Virus record (IMG/VR): IMGVR_UViG_3300033066_001528
Location: 32,001-96,000 of that record
Strand: one strand, 5' to 3'
DNA from: a virus
Lineage: Duplodnaviria; Caudoviricetes
Length of the DNA stretch: 64,000 nucleotides
Both the position numbers and the translations under genes were made by a program. Of this stretch, positions 63,845 through 64,000 are shown piece by piece. The notes under the pieces were generated by a model that was not told the origin of the DNA, searched no databases, and worked only from the letters and a program-made list of their open reading frames with translations. Position 1 is the stretch's first letter, and every line of letters starts with the position of its first letter.

Positions 63845-63870
63845 ACCCCACCCATTTTATAGGTGGGGTA
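63844..63870. promoter_or_regulatory. 9-bp hairpin at the translation start of 63122..63844
   Basis: taccccacc-cattttata-ggtggggta. Confidence 0.45.
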
Positions 63871-64000
63871 ATGGGGGATTTTAGAACGAAATGGGTGGGG
63901 ACTGGGTTTTCACTGGTTTCACAACGAAGTAGGTTCTTCGTTGTATTGGGGCGGTTGTTAGTGTTATAGCCCCAGGGGCTATAACACTAAAGTCATACCC

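Overview
Window from a large (probably jumbo) tailed dsDNA bacteriophage; almost all genes are on the minus strand. The right half is a head-morphogenesis module: putative small terminase, intein-containing large terminase, intein-containing portal, a topoisomerase IB polyprotein, prohead protease, acidic scaffold, decoration protein, HK97-type major capsid protein, a LAGLIDADG-methyltransferase fusion and further virion genes. The left half holds a nucleotide-related accessory cluster (vWA proteins, kinase-like proteins, a kinase-nucleotidyltransferase fusion, a divergent adenylosuccinate-synthetase homolog, a TIM barrel, a metallophosphoesterase) and many effector-like genes (five HExxH zincins, an ADP-ribosyltransferase, a GNAT-HAD-zincin polyprotein, 2OG-Fe(II) oxygenase-like paralogs). 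Two observations stand out. (1) A ~27-aa leader, LRSxLIRLAHxNPxLRxxLLPLLKxA/S/G, sits on 11 otherwise unrelated proteins, alongside a second short RVAxRY/F motif and many K/R-x-A sites; together these look like a capsid-cargo addressing and processing code. (2) A virion head-completion-type gene is fractured by a naturally split, atypical intein (34-aa IntN, 134-aa IntC) with a free-standing TnsA-like endonuclease between the halves. All functional calls come from motif recognition by eye; no database searches were run. No tRNA, rRNA or CRISPR array was recognised.
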